NCBI GenBank assembly: GCA_002269645.1 | Contig: NIVC01002029.1 | Location: 147,242-211,241 of the forward strand | Length of the DNA stretch: 64,000 nucleotides | Direction of reading: 5' to 3' | DNA from: Macrostomum lignano | Lineage: Eukaryota | Shown: piece after piece, positions 62,945-64,000 of the stretch | How positions within the stretch are numbered: the first letter of the stretch is position 1 | Layout: each line of letters begins with the position of its first letter | Position numbers and translations under genes: made by a program | The notes under the pieces: generated by a model | Told to the model about the DNA's origin: nothing | What the model saw: only the letters and a program-made list of their open reading frames with translations | Database searches by the model: none

Positions 62945-63691
62945 CGTCAATTCCGTTAGAGAAACCCAATGATAACCGAAGTCTTTGGTTGCGAACGATG
63001 TCTTATAGTCTCCCCGGTGTCCAGGCCTCGCTGGATACTGAATTATCTGCCATGGCATCTACGGTGTATGCTTTTGTTTATGCGGTCTTGTCAGAAATTT
63101 CGTCAGACGGAGAGAGTTCGTTATTTCACTTAGACAAACTCGACTTTAGGGATGCAGGTATACGCGGCCTACTAACGAGTAGTAAGAAATGAATGAGTAA
63201 CGACCTAACAGTGCGGGCAAAAATATTACGCAGTGATCGTTAATCTTTGAATGTGGGCTCATGGTTTACGTCCTAGCAGCCCAGCGGTTAAAGCCAACTG
63301 AAAAAGAGCAAGAGTCCCGTTATTGTTGGACACACATGTAGGCTATAGAAAAAAAGCTCTGAAACTTGATGGAACGCTAGTTTTTTTAACTAGTCCCAGA
63401 ACAATTGAGACTTTCTGAAAAAACAAGACAGTAACACAGCAAATAAGGTTTTATTTCAAATTTAATACACTTGTTTCGACACACAAAAATGCGTACAATT
63501 AATTGTATTTGACGTATCTGAAGAGAAGTTCAAAGAAGCAAAGAAACTACCGAAGCAAAAAACAAAGGAAAGAGACAACCAAAATCGCGGAGACATGTTC
63601 GACTACAACATATGAGAAGTTAATAAAAAATGATTCTGGATAAAAACAGTTCGTCACAGCTTCATCAGTTCTTAACCAACAAGAATCGGCC

Positions 63692-63989
63692 TCATTGAAC
63701 CGCAGTCTGACCGAATCGAGCCAGCCGCCTCTGCCGCAGCTCCTCATCCGACACCGCCGTTGCCGAATTCGAACGCCGAGTTGGCGGCGGCGGAGGCGGC
63801 GGCTCGTCCTGGAAGCTCCGGTCGGCTCGTCGCTCCTCGCGACTGCTGCTGCCACCGGCCCAGCCCAGCCCCAGGGCCGATAAAACCGAGTCCGATTGCC
63901 GCCAAGAATGCCCAGACAGAGCGGCTCCATGATGAGCCGGAGGGGGCCCTTGACGTAGGCCAGGCCAACCAGAATGCCGGCGAGGTGGC
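63692..63989 (-). CDS. RHBDD1: Last exon of an RHBDD1/RHBDL4-like rhomboid protease (gene continues beyond the window); one apparent frameshift
   Basis: Acceptor TTTTAG|GC gives GHLAGILVGLAYVKGPLRLIME (catalytic His helix). A second frame ends SDEELRQRRLARF, the VBM-like RHBDD1 tail. The two frames need a 1-nt correction near 63860-63880. Confidence 0.7.
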
Positions 63990-64000
63990 CTAAAAGTCAC

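Overview
Animal (intron-containing, non-prokaryotic) genomic DNA. GC-rich exons, short AT-rich introns and many locally expanded minisatellites suggest a Macrostomum-like flatworm, but this is inference and cannot be proven from the window. All nine host genes or gene parts lie on the minus strand: the first exon of a turtle/IGSF9-like Ig protein, CDC6 (4 exons), neuroguidin, NDUFS2 (3 exons), an 18-exon NACHT-WD40 (NWD1/2-like) gene, three tandem fibrinogen-domain (FReD) genes and the last exon of an RHBDD1-like rhomboid. About 75% of 1.4-22.4 kb is minisatellite, mostly with unrelated units. At 31.2-36.4 kb is a nest of dead elements (CORE-type SINE, complete Merlin transposon with a nested hAT-like MITE, and a younger MITE). 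Best leads: (1) the FReD cluster, whose N-terminal region is an internally duplicated domain I do not recognise and is nearly identical between copies (mosaic, conversion-like) while the fibrinogen domains are only about 55-60% identical; (2) a sharply bounded CpG-erased domain whose transposon shows indel-free CpG and CpA/TpG transition damage resembling fungal RIP; (3) tandem repeats that create or copy splice sites. Exon models, counts and alignments were done by hand; repeat borders and copy numbers are approximate.
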